A stretch of DNA of 64,000 nt from Bacillota bacterium (GCA_023420935.1 JAEZUR010000071.1:47434-111433), one strand, 5' to 3'. Shown: positions 49,785 to 59,064, counted from the stretch's first letter. Numbers and translations are program-made. Notes: generated from the sequence alone by a model not told the origin.

Positions 49785-51077
49785 TTAGCAATAATAATTG
49801 AAAAGCATTCCACTATATATAGAAGTAATATATGATTTTCCTACTCCAGGTTTTGAAGTATCCGGATAAGAAACTATGGTTTTATCCACATATTCCATCG
49901 GATTTATCGTAATAGAATTAAGTTTTTCTATTAGGGATGGGACAAAACCTGAGGAAGTGAATAATGATTCCATATCTCCTTCTTTGATTGATTGAATGGC
50001 TAAAGAAGGATCGATATTTATAAATCCATTATTGTCTCTTAATAATCCACAAGACTCCATTAAGCTGTTATACGGAGCAAGGGCATTGGTTACATCGTGA
50101 ATTAGCTTTGTTGATAGATGCTGTCTTGATGGATAATCGTTTGCTAATTGCATTAAATGATTATAGGAGCCTACGACTTGGGATATACTTGTTAATATCC
50201 GGTCGACATTAGGTTGATATTTTATATTAAATGGTTCGTCCGATTTGGATAAAAGAGAAATTTCTAGAGATTGATTCAATGTAAAGCTATTTGATAACGA
50301 TTCTTTTGGAGTACCATTTATCTGAAACTTTGCATTTTTAGGATAGGTAACAACATTATTTAAATCATAGAATTCAACAATACCCATTCTATAGTCAGGA
50401 GCTTGAGAATCCAATAGCTTGAATGTTAGACCATTTGTTATACCGGTTGAATCGGATTCTAGAGAAAGCGTAATTCGGTCGTTATTGGAATTTAATTCTA
50501 CTTCTGCGTGAATACCAATATTAGTCTGGTTGATAAAGTCGGCTAATTTGGTCTGAATCTCTTGGTTCCTTGTATTACTGGCAATGTGAAATTGAAACTC
50601 ATATGAATTATCATCCACTTCAATTGTAAATTGATAAGAACCTTCATAAGGGCCTACGCCATTGGGATACAAAGGTATGCTTTTATTAATTTGAGAACAT
50701 GCCAACGAATCCACTTGAAGTTCAAATGGACTAGGTAGCCTTGAGTAATCATCTACAATAATTTCAGCAGTAGCGCAAGATTCATTTTCCGAATATGAAA
50801 TCTTATGAGAAAATAATTGTGTACCACTTTCATTGTCGCAAATAGATGATAAAGCACCGTTTAGTTCCATGGATGCCTCTTTAATTCCCAATGCGTGATT
50901 TTGATTTTCTTCCGATAGTTTTATGATATAGATGGGGCTGCGCTTATTCAGATTGATTATGTTATTATAAATCTGTCTAAGTTCTTTCCGCTCGTGTGTA
51001 GTTTTTCTTGATAAAGACTTTGGCATGCGTTTAGCAAGTTGAGCTAGTGCCAAATGATTATAAACAGAATCAACCAT
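49785..51077 (-). CDS. Hypothetical protein, weakly FliD-like (flagellar filament cap family?)
   Basis: 430-aa ORF with coding-like composition. The segments ISQVVGSYNHLMQL and CGLLRDNNGFINIDPSLAIQSIKEGDMESLF resemble the FliD C-terminal pattern (fV.aYN.l ; GI...dG.L.iD...L..Al....v..lF). The family call is tentative. Confidence 0.35.
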   Translation of the reverse strand: MVDSVYNHLALAQLAKRMPKSLSRKTTHERKELRQIYNNIINLNKRSPIYIIKLSEENQNHALGIKEASMELNGALSSICDNESGTQLFSHKISYSENESCATAEIIVDDYSRLPSPFELQVDSLACSQINKSIPLYPNGVGPYEGSYQFTIEVDDNSYEFQFHIASNTRNQEIQTKLADFINQTNIGIHAEVELNSNNDRITLSLESDSTGITNGLTFKLLDSQAPDYRMGIVEFYDLNNVVTYPKNAKFQINGTPKESLSNSFTLNQSLEISLLSKSDEPFNIKYQPNVDRILTSISQVVGSYNHLMQLANDYPSRQHLSTKLIHDVTNALAPYNSLMESCGLLRDNNGFINIDPSLAIQSIKEGDMESLFTSSGFVPSLIEKLNSITINPMEYVDKTIVSYPDTSKPGVGKSYITSIYSGMLFNYYC

Positions 51078-51174
51078 TAAGATCTCCCTTCCTTGAGTAA
51101 ATAATCCCCTCCGTGGGTGTAACTAATATAGTCTAATTATAACTCTTCTGGTAAAAAAAGTCGAGCAAAATGTA

Positions 51175-51203
51175 TTGACGTAGATGTAGGATTGTGTTAT
51201 AGT
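51175..51203 (+). promoter_or_regulatory. Sigma-A type promoter for rpmG-secE-nusG
   Basis: TTGACG (51175-51180), 17 nt ending in TGT, TATAGT (51198-51203). Confidence 0.55.
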
Positions 51204-51277
51204 ATTCTAGCGAGATGGAATAGGTCTTTTTTTTATGCCTAAAAACTGAAAAAATATAAATAACGGAGGTGGCAATT

Positions 51278-51427
51278 GTGCGCGTAAAGATCACATTGGC
51301 ATGTACAGAATGTAAACAACGTAACTATAACATGACAAAAGAAAAGAAAACACATCCAGACAGAATGGAAACTAAGAAATATTGCAAATTCTGTAAATCA
51401 CACACATTACACAAAGAAACTAAGTAG
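51278..51427 (+). CDS. rpmG: 50S ribosomal protein L33
   Basis: Below the track cutoff. GTG 51278 follows GGAGGTGG. Translation: [49 protein letters not shown]. Confidence 0.9.
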   Translation: MRVKITLACTECKQRNYNMTKEKKTHPDRMETKKYCKFCKSHTLHKETK

Positions 51428-51498
51428 TACCTAAACTTACGCACGATTGTGTGGTGAGACGATAGATACTCTGTATTGCATGAAAGGAAAATGGAAAA

Positions 51499-51717
51499 AT
51501 GGGAGATACTACTGCTAATACAACGGATAAAGCTCCAAAGAAAAGCTTTTTCAAAGGTCTTAAATCAGAATTTAAGAAGATTGTATGGGCTGACAAAGAA
51601 TCACTTGCAAAGCAGTCAGTTGCTGTAATTGTTACAACTATAATTTTAGGTATCGTTATTTCTGTAATCGATCTTGGTATCAAATTTGGTGTTGATAAAA
51701 TTCTTCAAATAGGATAA
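51499..51717 (+). CDS. secE: Preprotein translocase subunit SecE
   Basis: 72 aa with LKSEFKKIVWADKESL and a single TM segment. It sits in the conserved position between rpmG and nusG. Confidence 0.85.
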   Translation: MGDTTANTTDKAPKKSFFKGLKSEFKKIVWADKESLAKQSVAVIVTTIILGIVISVIDLGIKFGVDKILQIG

Positions 51718-51727
51718 GGGTGATTGT

Positions 51728-52246
51728 ATGGCAGAAACAAATTGGTATGTGGTTCATACTTATTCTGGATATGAGAATAAGGTAAAAGCTAACATTGAAA
51801 AGACAATTGAAAACAGAAAGCTACAGGATCAGATATTAGAAGTTTCTGTTCCGATGCAGAATGTGATAGAAGTTAAGAACGGTGTTAAGAAACAAGTCCA
51901 GAAGAAAATGTTTCCTGCATATGTACTCATTAACATGGTTATGAACGACGATACTTGGTATGTAGTTCGTAATACAAGAGGAGTAACAGGATTTGTTGGC
52001 CCTGGATCAAAACCGATTCCTTTAACAGAAACAGAAATGAAGACCATGGGACTTATGACAAATGAGACAGTAGCAATTGATTTAGAGGTTGGTGATCAAG
52101 TTGTTGTTACGGCTGGAGTATGGGAAAATACGGCTGGCGTAATCAAACACATTAACCACCATAAACAAATTGTTACAATTAATGTTGATATGTTTGGTCG
52201 TGAGACACCTGTTGAAATTAGTTTTACAGACATTGAGAAGATTTAA
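51728..52246 (+). CDS. nusG: Transcription termination/antitermination factor NusG
   Basis: WYVVHTYSGYENKVK N-terminus and a KOW domain. Confidence 0.95.
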   Translation: MAETNWYVVHTYSGYENKVKANIEKTIENRKLQDQILEVSVPMQNVIEVKNGVKKQVQKKMFPAYVLINMVMNDDTWYVVRNTRGVTGFVGPGSKPIPLTETEMKTMGLMTNETVAIDLEVGDQVVVTAGVWENTAGVIKHINHHKQIVTINVDMFGRETPVEISFTDIEKI

Positions 52247-52255
52247 GTAGGAATT

Positions 52256-52290
52256 AAATAGGTGGGAGGGATATTCCCGCTATTACCACA
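52256..52290 (+). promoter_or_regulatory. Putative L1-binding leader (23S L1-stalk mimic) upstream of rplK
   Basis: AAATAGGTGGGAGGGATATTCCCGCTATTACCACA matches, from memory, the 23S H76-78 strands ...GAUAGGUGGGAGG... and ...AAAUACCAC... Confidence 0.5.
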
Positions 52291-52311
52291 AAATTCAGGA
52301 GGTACGCTATA

Positions 52312-52737
52312 ATGGCAAAGAAAGTTTCAGGATATATTAAATTACAAATCCCTGCTGCAAAGGCAACACCAGCTCCACCAGTTGGACCAGCACTTGGACA
52401 GCACGGTGTAAACATTGTTCAGTTTACAAAAGAATTTAACGCAAGAACAGCTAATCAAGAAGGAATGATTATTCCAGTTGTTATTACTGTTTATGCAGAT
52501 AGAAGTTTTAGTTTTATTACAAAAACTCCACCAGCAGCTATTTTATTAAAGAAAGCATGTAACCTTAAATCAGGTTCTGCTACTCCAAACAAAGTAAAAG
52601 TTGCTAAAATCTCTAAAGCAGAGATCCAAAAAATTGCAGAATTAAAGATGCCTGATTTAAATGCAGCAAGTCTTGAGTCAGCTATGAGCATGATCGCTGG
52701 TACTGCAAGAAGTATGGGAATCACAGTAGAAGATTAA
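52312..52737 (+). CDS. rplK: 50S ribosomal protein L11
   Basis: [35 protein letters not shown]. Confidence 0.95.
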   Translation: MAKKVSGYIKLQIPAAKATPAPPVGPALGQHGVNIVQFTKEFNARTANQEGMIIPVVITVYADRSFSFITKTPPAAILLKKACNLKSGSATPNKVKVAKISKAEIQKIAELKMPDLNAASLESAMSMIAGTARSMGITVED

Positions 52738-52800
52738 TATAAACCTATTAATAATTCAGTTTTCGCAAATAAATAAGAGATTATTCCATATAGATCGTAG

Positions 52801-52875
52801 ATACGTGGGAGGGTATGGTGTCTAGAAGACACCTTAGGAAAAGGTTTTACTATATCCCCCGATAATACCACTAGG
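52801..52875 (+). promoter_or_regulatory. Second L1-stalk-like element upstream of rplA
   Basis: ACGTGGGAGGGTAT ... hairpin GGTGTC-tagaa-GACACC ... GATAATACCAC. It shares the GTGGGAGGG and AATACCAC strands with the rplK leader. Confidence 0.45.
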
Positions 52876-52886
52876 AGGTTAATAGA

Positions 52887-53579
52887 ATGAAAAGAGGAAA
52901 AAAATATGCAGAAGCTGCAAAGTTAATTGACAGAACAGTTCAATACGACGCAGCAGAAGCAATTAGCTTAGTTAAAAAATCAGCTGTTGCAAAATTTGAT
53001 GAAACAGTAGAAGCACATATCAGATTAGGTGTTGACGGACGTCACGCTGATCAACAGGTTCGTGGTGCAGTTGTATTACCACACGGAACTGGTAAAACAG
53101 TTAAAGTTCTTGTATTTGCAAAAGGCGATAAAGTTGCTGAAGCAGAAGCTGCAGGAGCAGATTATGTTGGTGGTGACGAGTTAGTTCCAAAGATCCAGAA
53201 CGAAGGATGGATGGATTTTAACGTTGTTGTTGCAACTCCTGATATGATGGGTGTAGTTGGTCGTCTCGGACGTGTACTTGGACCAAAAGGATTAATGCCA
53301 AATCCTAAAGCTGGTACTGTAACAATGGATGTTGCCAAAGCAATTAGCGATATTAAAGCAGGTAAGATTGAATATAGATTAGATAAAACTAATATTATTC
53401 ATGTTCCAGTTGGAAAAGCTTCTTTTACAGAAGAACAACTTGGAGACAACTTTGCTACTTTAATGGGTGCTATTAATAAGGCAAAACCATCTTCTGCAAA
53501 AGGACAATACTTAAAGAGCGTAACAATTGCTTCAACAATGGGTCCTGGAGTAAAATTAAACACAGCGAAATTAAGCTAA
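52887..53579 (+). CDS. rplA: 50S ribosomal protein L1
   Basis: KRGKKY...[14 protein letters not shown]...[15 protein letters not shown]. Confidence 0.95.
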   Translation: MKRGKKYAEAAKLIDRTVQYDAAEAISLVKKSAVAKFDETVEAHIRLGVDGRHADQQVRGAVVLPHGTGKTVKVLVFAKGDKVAEAEAAGADYVGGDELVPKIQNEGWMDFNVVVATPDMMGVVGRLGRVLGPKGLMPNPKAGTVTMDVAKAISDIKAGKIEYRLDKTNIIHVPVGKASFTEEQLGDNFATLMGAINKAKPSSAKGQYLKSVTIASTMGPGVKLNTAKLS

Positions 53580-53610
53580 GCATTTTCTAGATTAAGCGGT
53601 GTACGGATAT

Positions 53611-53655
53611 CAGCCATAAGAAACTTAAGACAAGTCTCTTATGGCTGTTTTATTT
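53611..53655 (+). terminator. Intrinsic terminator after rplA
   Basis: CAGCCATAAGA / TCTTATGGCTG stem followed by TTTTATTT. Confidence 0.7.
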
Positions 53656-53709
53656 GGTTCTCTGACAAAGTTAGGATAAAATAAATTGATTCAAAAATAG
53701 AGAAAATTG

Positions 53710-53738
53710 TTGACAAGCAATACATAGTATGTTATATT
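53710..53738 (+). promoter_or_regulatory. Sigma-A type promoter for rplJL
   Basis: TTGACA (53710-53715), 17 nt, TATATT (53733-53738). Confidence 0.6.
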
Positions 53739-53744
53739 TAATGA

Positions 53745-53890
53745 GGTTTTAAACCAAATAACTACCGAAGACAGTAGGTGCTGTTGGAATCGCATGATTC
53801 TATAAGCGTAAGTTGAAAACGCCTGCCGAGGGAAATAAGAGTTTTAAATGACTTTTAACCTTTTCTGTCTTTGCAGAAGAGGTTTTTTTT
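53745..53890 (+). ncRNA. Ribosomal protein L10 leader (attenuator type)
   Basis: About 145-nt 5' UTR between the promoter and rplJ. It contains ACCGAAGACAGTAGGTG and ends in the terminator AACCTTTTCTG / CAGAAGAGGTT plus T8 (53857-53890). Position and architecture match the Firmicute L10 leader. Confidence 0.55.
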
Positions 53891-53959
53891 CGTAACGGTG
53901 GTAAAGAATTATATTGGTAACAGTATGATTCGCAAAAATCTATAAGGAGGGATACTAAA

Positions 53960-54454
53960 ATGGCAAAAGTAGAATTAAAACAACCTATCGTAGATGAGAT
54001 CAAAAAATACGCAGCGGATGCAAAATCTGTAGTATTAGTTGACTACCGTGGACTAACAGTTGAACAGGATACACTTCTTCGTAAAGAGTTAAGAGAAGCA
54101 GGCGTTGTATACAAAGTATACAAAAACACTTTCTTAAAACGTGCTTTCGAAGGAACTGATTTTGCTCAAGTGGATGGTCAATTAGATGGACCTACTGCAA
54201 TTGCATTTGGTGTTGAAGATGCTACTGCTCCTGCAAGAGTACTTAGCAAATTCGTAAAAGACATCGAAGCATTAGAATTCAAATGTGCAGTTGTTGACGG
54301 AACTTACTATGACGCTAAAGGTGTTCAAGTTATTGCAAACATTCCATCAAGAGAAGTTCTTATCTCCAAATTACTTGGAAGTTTACAATCACCAATTACA
54401 AACTTTGCTCGTGTTCTTAAGCAAATCGCTGAGAAACAAGGAGAAGTTGCTTAA
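53960..54454 (+). CDS. rplJ: 50S ribosomal protein L10
   Basis: VLVDYRGLTVEQDTLLRKELREAGVVYKVYKNT. Confidence 0.95.
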   Translation: MAKVELKQPIVDEIKKYAADAKSVVLVDYRGLTVEQDTLLRKELREAGVVYKVYKNTFLKRAFEGTDFAQVDGQLDGPTAIAFGVEDATAPARVLSKFVKDIEALEFKCAVVDGTYYDAKGVQVIANIPSREVLISKLLGSLQSPITNFARVLKQIAEKQGEVA

Positions 54455-54587
54455 TTCATGACAATAGTAAGGCCGCAGTGTGCGTTCTATCATTGTTAGG
54501 AACTAAATAATCTTACTTGTAAGATCTGCAGGTAAGGAATAAGAATCATAAAACATAATTTAAAATTATAATCGGAGGTAATTAGAA

Positions 54588-54950
54588 ATGACAACTCAAG
54601 AATTTATCGAAGCTATTAAGAGCTTATCAGTATTAGAATTAAATGATTTAGTAAAAGCATGTGAAGAAGAATTTGGTGTTTCTGCAGCAGCTGGTGTTGT
54701 TGTAGCAGCAGCTGGCCCTGCTGAAGCAGCAGAAGAAAAAACTGAATTCGACGTTGAATTAACAGACGTTGGAGCAAACAAAGTTAAAGTTATCAAAGTA
54801 GTACGTGAAGTAACTGGTTTAGGATTAAAAGAAGCGAAAGAAGTTGTTGATGGAGCTCCTAAAGTTGTTAAAGAAGGCGCTACTAAAGAAGAAGCAGAAG
54901 ATATCAAAACTAAGCTTGAAGCTGAAGGCGCAAAAGTTACTCTTAAGTAA
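54588..54950 (+). CDS. rplL: 50S ribosomal protein L7/L12
   Basis: Ala-rich hinge and the C-terminal domain [25 protein letters not shown]. Confidence 0.95.
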   Translation: MTTQEFIEAIKSLSVLELNDLVKACEEEFGVSAAAGVVVAAAGPAEAAEEKTEFDVELTDVGANKVKVIKVVREVTGLGLKEAKEVVDGAPKVVKEGATKEEAEDIKTKLEAEGAKVTLK

Positions 54951-54971
54951 ATTTCGCGTAAGCAACGAGAA

Positions 54972-55035
54972 AAATAGAAAAGAAGAAAGCCGCAGTTGTG
55001 CTAGCACAAAACTGTGGCTTTCTTCTTTTCTATTT
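54972..55035 (+). terminator. Very long hairpin (26 bp plus a 4-bp extension) immediately after rplL
   Basis: AAATAGAAAAGAAGAAAGCCGCAGTT / AACTGTGGCTTTCTTCTTTTCTATTT (25 WC plus 1 G:T). The loop GTGCTAGCAC is self-complementary. There is no separate U-tail, but the 3' arm is U-rich. Confidence 0.65.
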
Positions 55036-55173
55036 GGCGAATACCCGCGACGAATGAAAAGAAGTGGGAAGAAATGAGAATCAAAGAAAACAAAAATTCA
55101 CTTCTTTTTATTTGTTGCGTTCTCGTTGCGTCCCCCCCGGCGTTATACAATGCCTTTTTTAGGTGGTTATCAA

Positions 55174-55202
55174 TTGACAAGAATGTAAGAAAATGCTAGA
55201 AT
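55174..55202 (+). promoter_or_regulatory. Sigma-A type promoter of rubrerythrin
   Basis: TTGACA (55174-55179), 17 nt, TAGAAT (55197-55202). Confidence 0.6.
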
Positions 55203-55206
55203 AAAA

Positions 55207-55221
55207 TAGTAATTATTACTA
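55207..55221. promoter_or_regulatory. Fur-family (PerR-type) 7-1-7 operator
   Basis: The perfect palindrome TAGTAAT-T-ATTACTA starts 5 nt after the -10 box. It matches the B. subtilis PerR box TTATAATnATTATAA at 11/15 positions. Confidence 0.45.
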
Positions 55222-55248
55222 ATTTTAGAAAACATGGAGGTAATTGGG

Positions 55249-55788
55249 ATGGCAAATTTAAAAGGAACAAAAACAGAAGCAAATTTAATGTCAGCATTTG
55301 CTGGAGAATCAATGGCACGTAATAAATACACCTATTATGCAAGTAAGGCAAAAAAAGAAGGCTATGAGCAAATTGCCAACTTATTTTTAGAGACGGCTAA
55401 CAATGAGAAAGAACATGCTAAAATATGGTTTAAACTTCTTCATGACGGAGTTCAGGATACCGCAACTAATTTATTAGATGCTGCAGAGGGTGAGAATTAT
55501 GAGTGGACAGATATGTATGCTAATTTTGCAAAGGAAGCAAGAGAAGAGGGATTTCATGATGTAGCATTCTTGTTTGAAGGTGTAGCTAAAATTGAAAAAG
55601 AACACGAAGAGAGATATCGTAAGTTGTTAGCCAATGTGGAAGGTGGACTCGTATTCTCTAAAGATGGGGATACTATTTGGCAGTGTGCAAATTGTGGACA
55701 TATTGTAATTGGTAAAAATGCACCTGATGTCTGTGCAGTTTGTGAGCATCCACAGGCTTATTTTCAGATGGTAGCTAAGAATTACTAG
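55249..55788 (+). CDS. rbr: Rubrerythrin
   Basis: Diiron four-helix motifs ([17 protein letters not shown]) plus a C-terminal rubredoxin-like CANCG...CAVCEHP. ATG 55249 follows GGAGG. Confidence 0.9.
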   Translation: MANLKGTKTEANLMSAFAGESMARNKYTYYASKAKKEGYEQIANLFLETANNEKEHAKIWFKLLHDGVQDTATNLLDAAEGENYEWTDMYANFAKEAREEGFHDVAFLFEGVAKIEKEHEERYRKLLANVEGGLVFSKDGDTIWQCANCGHIVIGKNAPDVCAVCEHPQAYFQMVAKNY

Positions 55789-55872
55789 AATATAACTATC
55801 CAATTGTAAGAGGACCAATATAATAATAATTACATATAGTATGAAGTATAAAATGTGTGATTAAAATATAAT

Positions 55873-55932
55873 AAAAAAGCACTGGAATTCTATGATTATT
55901 CCTTATAAGGGAATAGAAATCCAGTGTTTTTT
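55873..55932. terminator. Bidirectional terminator between rbr and the GH31 gene
   Basis: CACTGGAATTCTAT / ATAGAAATCCAGTG (13/14) with an inner TATTCC/GGAATA stem, flanked by A6 and T6. Confidence 0.7.
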
Positions 55933-55951
55933 CTATTTAAAATAACTTTGA

Positions 55952-58024
55952 TTAACTTTGGTAAATAGGATATTCCGTTCCTTCTCTCATAAAGACTGGA
56001 ATAATCTCAATTGGTGCATTTACGCTAACTGTTTGTCCACCTTCAAAATGTTCTTTGGTCTTTGCATCCAACCAATTTGTGCCCTTTGGTAAGTACACGG
56101 TTCTTGTGGTTGCTCCCGCCTCCATAATTGGTGCTACAATTAAGTCAGGACCAAACATATATTGATCAGTACAGTTCCAGCTAGCACTGTCTTCAGAAAA
56201 GTCGTAAAACATTGGGCGCATGACAGGAGTACCTTTTTCATGTGCATCTTTCATGCATTCACGTATATATGGACGAAGGCGTTCGCGAATAAAGAGAAAT
56301 TCTTTCAATATTTCATAATTGTCTTCTCCAAAACTCCATACTTCATTGTCTTGTCCGGAGGTTAATTGTCTTACTCCATTTATAAATTCTTCTTCTCTAT
56401 CGTAGAATGGGGAACGTTCTCCGTGAAGACGGAATACTGGGCAAAATGCGCCCCAAGCAAACCAGCGTACTAATAATTCTTGAAACTCTTTGTTGTGAAT
56501 ATCGCCACCAAGAAAACCACCGATATCAGTCGTCCACCATGGTATTCCTGCTATACCCATATTCAATCCAGCTTGCAACTGTTCACGCATGGAACGAAAA
56601 CTAGAGTGAATGTCGCCTGACCATGTAAGTGCTCCATAACGTTGACTTCCTGCCCATGCACAACGTACTAGGTTCATTAAGTCTTTATTTCCTTCTTCCT
56701 TTAAACCGTCGTAAAAAGCTTTTGCATACATGGCCGGATAAATATTACTGCATTGAAGGGCGGGACCTTGATAATAACGGTATATATCAAAATCATAAGG
56801 GCCATATTCTGGTTCTGCTTCATCAAGCCAAAAACATTTAATCCCCTTAGTATAATAGTTTTCCTTGCAGCGTTGCCACACAAAATCTCTTGCACCAGGA
56901 TGAGTTGCATCAAAGAAGGTGGTGTCTCCCATCCAGTTCATATGGAATCCAGAACCACGATCTGTCTTAACAAGATATCCTTGTTCGGCCATTTTGCTGT
57001 AATTCTCAGAACGTTCGTCAATAGTAGGCCATACAGAAACCACAAGTTCTACTCCAAACTCTTTCAACTCTTTTACCATAGCCTCTGGATCTGGCCAATC
57101 TCTTGGCTCAAATTTAAAATCACCCTGTCTTGTCCAGTGGAAGAAGTCAACTACAATGACATCCAAAGGAAGTCCTCTACGTTTGTGTTCGCGAACTACA
57201 GTAAGAAGTTCTTCTTGTGTGCGGTATCTTAATTTACACTGCCAGAAACCTAATCCGTATTCTGGCATCATTGGAGTGGTACCAGTAGCTTGTGCATACT
57301 GTTCTTCAATCTGTGCTGGTGTATCACCAGCTGTAATGAAATAATCTAATTTTTTGGTATTAAGTGCAGTCCACTCAGTCTTGTTATTACCAAATACAAC
57401 TGTACCGATTGCGGGATTGTTCCATAATAGGCCGTAACCTCGGTTGGATAGCATAAATGGCACACTTGCTTGACTATTACGGTGTGCAAGTTCAAGAATT
57501 GACCCTTTTTTATCTAGATTTGCTTCTTGGTATTGGCCAAGACCAAATATTTTCTCGTTATCATATGCCTCAAATCGCATAACTAAGCGGTAATCGCTAG
57601 TTCCTGATATTGGATGTAATTCTCTAGCATCCACTCGAAGAGGCACACAGTAGCGATCGATTCGATCTCGATTTCGCCAGTATTCTTCTAATAATAAATC
57701 TCCCTTGTGGTTGTAAAACGATAACCAACCTTCTGCATTTATTTTGGCTGTAATCTGCCCATTTGTAATCGTAGCCTCAGTACCTTTGTTGGCATGACTA
57801 ATACGATCTTTACCATAGTACCAAGGTTCTGTTAGATCTACTTCATTGAATCGTATTGTTGCATCACAATGCGTTGGGGTATCCATAAGAGCCCAATCGT
57901 TTGCATCCATGATGGCTTCTTTTGTCATTCGCACGCGTAGTGAATTAACGCCCCATGGTTCTACCCAAAGAGTAGCACTTCCGTAAGAAGCAATCAGACG
58001 ATTCCCGTCGGATGAAAAAATCAT
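55952..58024 (-). CDS. Glycoside hydrolase family 31 (alpha-xylosidase/alpha-glucosidase-like)
   Basis: 690 aa with the GH31 motifs KCFWLDEAEPE (nucleophile region) and LTWSGDIHSSF. Confidence 0.85.
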   Translation of the reverse strand: MIFSSDGNRLIASYGSATLWVEPWGVNSLRVRMTKEAIMDANDWALMDTPTHCDATIRFNEVDLTEPWYYGKDRISHANKGTEATITNGQITAKINAEGWLSFYNHKGDLLLEEYWRNRDRIDRYCVPLRVDARELHPISGTSDYRLVMRFEAYDNEKIFGLGQYQEANLDKKGSILELAHRNSQASVPFMLSNRGYGLLWNNPAIGTVVFGNNKTEWTALNTKKLDYFITAGDTPAQIEEQYAQATGTTPMMPEYGLGFWQCKLRYRTQEELLTVVREHKRRGLPLDVIVVDFFHWTRQGDFKFEPRDWPDPEAMVKELKEFGVELVVSVWPTIDERSENYSKMAEQGYLVKTDRGSGFHMNWMGDTTFFDATHPGARDFVWQRCKENYYTKGIKCFWLDEAEPEYGPYDFDIYRYYQGPALQCSNIYPAMYAKAFYDGLKEEGNKDLMNLVRCAWAGSQRYGALTWSGDIHSSFRSMREQLQAGLNMGIAGIPWWTTDIGGFLGGDIHNKEFQELLVRWFAWGAFCPVFRLHGERSPFYDREEEFINGVRQLTSGQDNEVWSFGEDNYEILKEFLFIRERLRPYIRECMKDAHEKGTPVMRPMFYDFSEDSASWNCTDQYMFGPDLIVAPIMEAGATTRTVYLPKGTNWLDAKTKEHFEGGQTVSVNAPIEIIPVFMREGTEYPIYQS

Positions 58025-58121
58025 AGTGAAACCTCCTTTGTTATTTGTTTATTGATTAAATTATATCCTTGCGCACCTGGAACTGTAAATGTCATATAGT
58101 ACCTTTTGCATGTAGTATAAT

Positions 58122-58868
58122 TTAAGATTTTAACGAAGCGTCTTTTAATTGCAAATACCCATATCCATTTTCACAAATATTCGCCCACTCTAATATAGAA
58201 GAAAGAGCTGAAATCATTCGTAAAGAAGATTGTCCCATTTGGACACCATAAGCGTAATGTGCAACATAACCCTCAATGGTATCTAACCCTAGGGAAGGGT
58301 CACCTAACCTTCCTTTCATAGCCTGACCTTTTAACGCACGTCCGTCGCTCTCTTTTAATAACTGAACTGCACAATCGAATGCCTTCCAAGTAAGAATTCG
58401 GTTCTGGGGTAGATTTGTTGCGTATATTCCGTTGCCAAATTCTTCATAATAAATCTGAAAGGCTTTACCACGCGCAAGACCGATACTTGCTAATCCATTA
58501 TGTTGATTAAGCTTATTCTTTATACTCTTAATGGTAGGGCTTTCATCTTGGTAGATAGGAAGTTGAGATACAACTACTTCTATTTCTCCAACAACGGATT
58601 CGGGTTTTAACTGAAGGAGAGTTTGAATTTTAGAAAGTCGTTTCTTTACAGCAGGATAAGATAGCTTAAGTAGCTTTTGTAACTCCTTCAGATTACCACT
58701 ATGCTGAAGAAATAGTTCAACAAAATACAAGTCATCTGGTTCTAGATAAGCAAAAGGGGTTAGGGTGAAGTCGTTGGATAGCTCAAGTCCACAATGTTTA
58801 CAACTAAGTTTGGTTGCGACCAGTTCTTCCTGACAGACGGGACAATGACCAAGAACCGATTGTGCCAT
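58122..58868 (-). CDS. DUF2089-family protein (zinc ribbon + HTH) with an uncharacterised C-terminal domain of about 150 aa
   Basis: CPVCQEELVATKLSCKHCGLELSNDF...FVELFLQHSGNLKELQKLLKLSYPAVKKRL matches the DUF2089 pattern. Confidence 0.65.
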   Translation of the reverse strand: MAQSVLGHCPVCQEELVATKLSCKHCGLELSNDFTLTPFAYLEPDDLYFVELFLQHSGNLKELQKLLKLSYPAVKKRLSKIQTLLQLKPESVVGEIEVVVSQLPIYQDESPTIKSIKNKLNQHNGLASIGLARGKAFQIYYEEFGNGIYATNLPQNRILTWKAFDCAVQLLKESDGRALKGQAMKGRLGDPSLGLDTIEGYVAHYAYGVQMGQSSLRMISALSSILEWANICENGYGYLQLKDASLKS

Positions 58869-59035
58869 ATGATTACCTCCTTACGTAATTGAATATTATA
58901 AAGGTAGAATAACATATATTTATGACTATCACAAGATAGTATGAATAATATTAATTACTAGGTTGCAACTAAGAAGAACTAGATTAGAGAGATGATGTTC
59001 CGAGAAAAAACAAAAAAACACCTCCAATTTAGCAG

Positions 59036-59064
59036 TTGACATCTTGACAGCGATGTGTTAAGAT
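59036..59064 (+). promoter_or_regulatory. Sigma-A type promoter for rpoBC
   Basis: TTGACA (59036-59041), 17 nt, TAAGAT (59059-59064), followed by a leader of about 165 nt. Confidence 0.5.

Noticed and set aside
54844-55199. Track ORFs 54844..55077 and 55014..55199 downstream of rplL
   Set aside because: They run through the 26-bp terminator hairpin, are low-complexity K/E/F-rich, and lack an SD.
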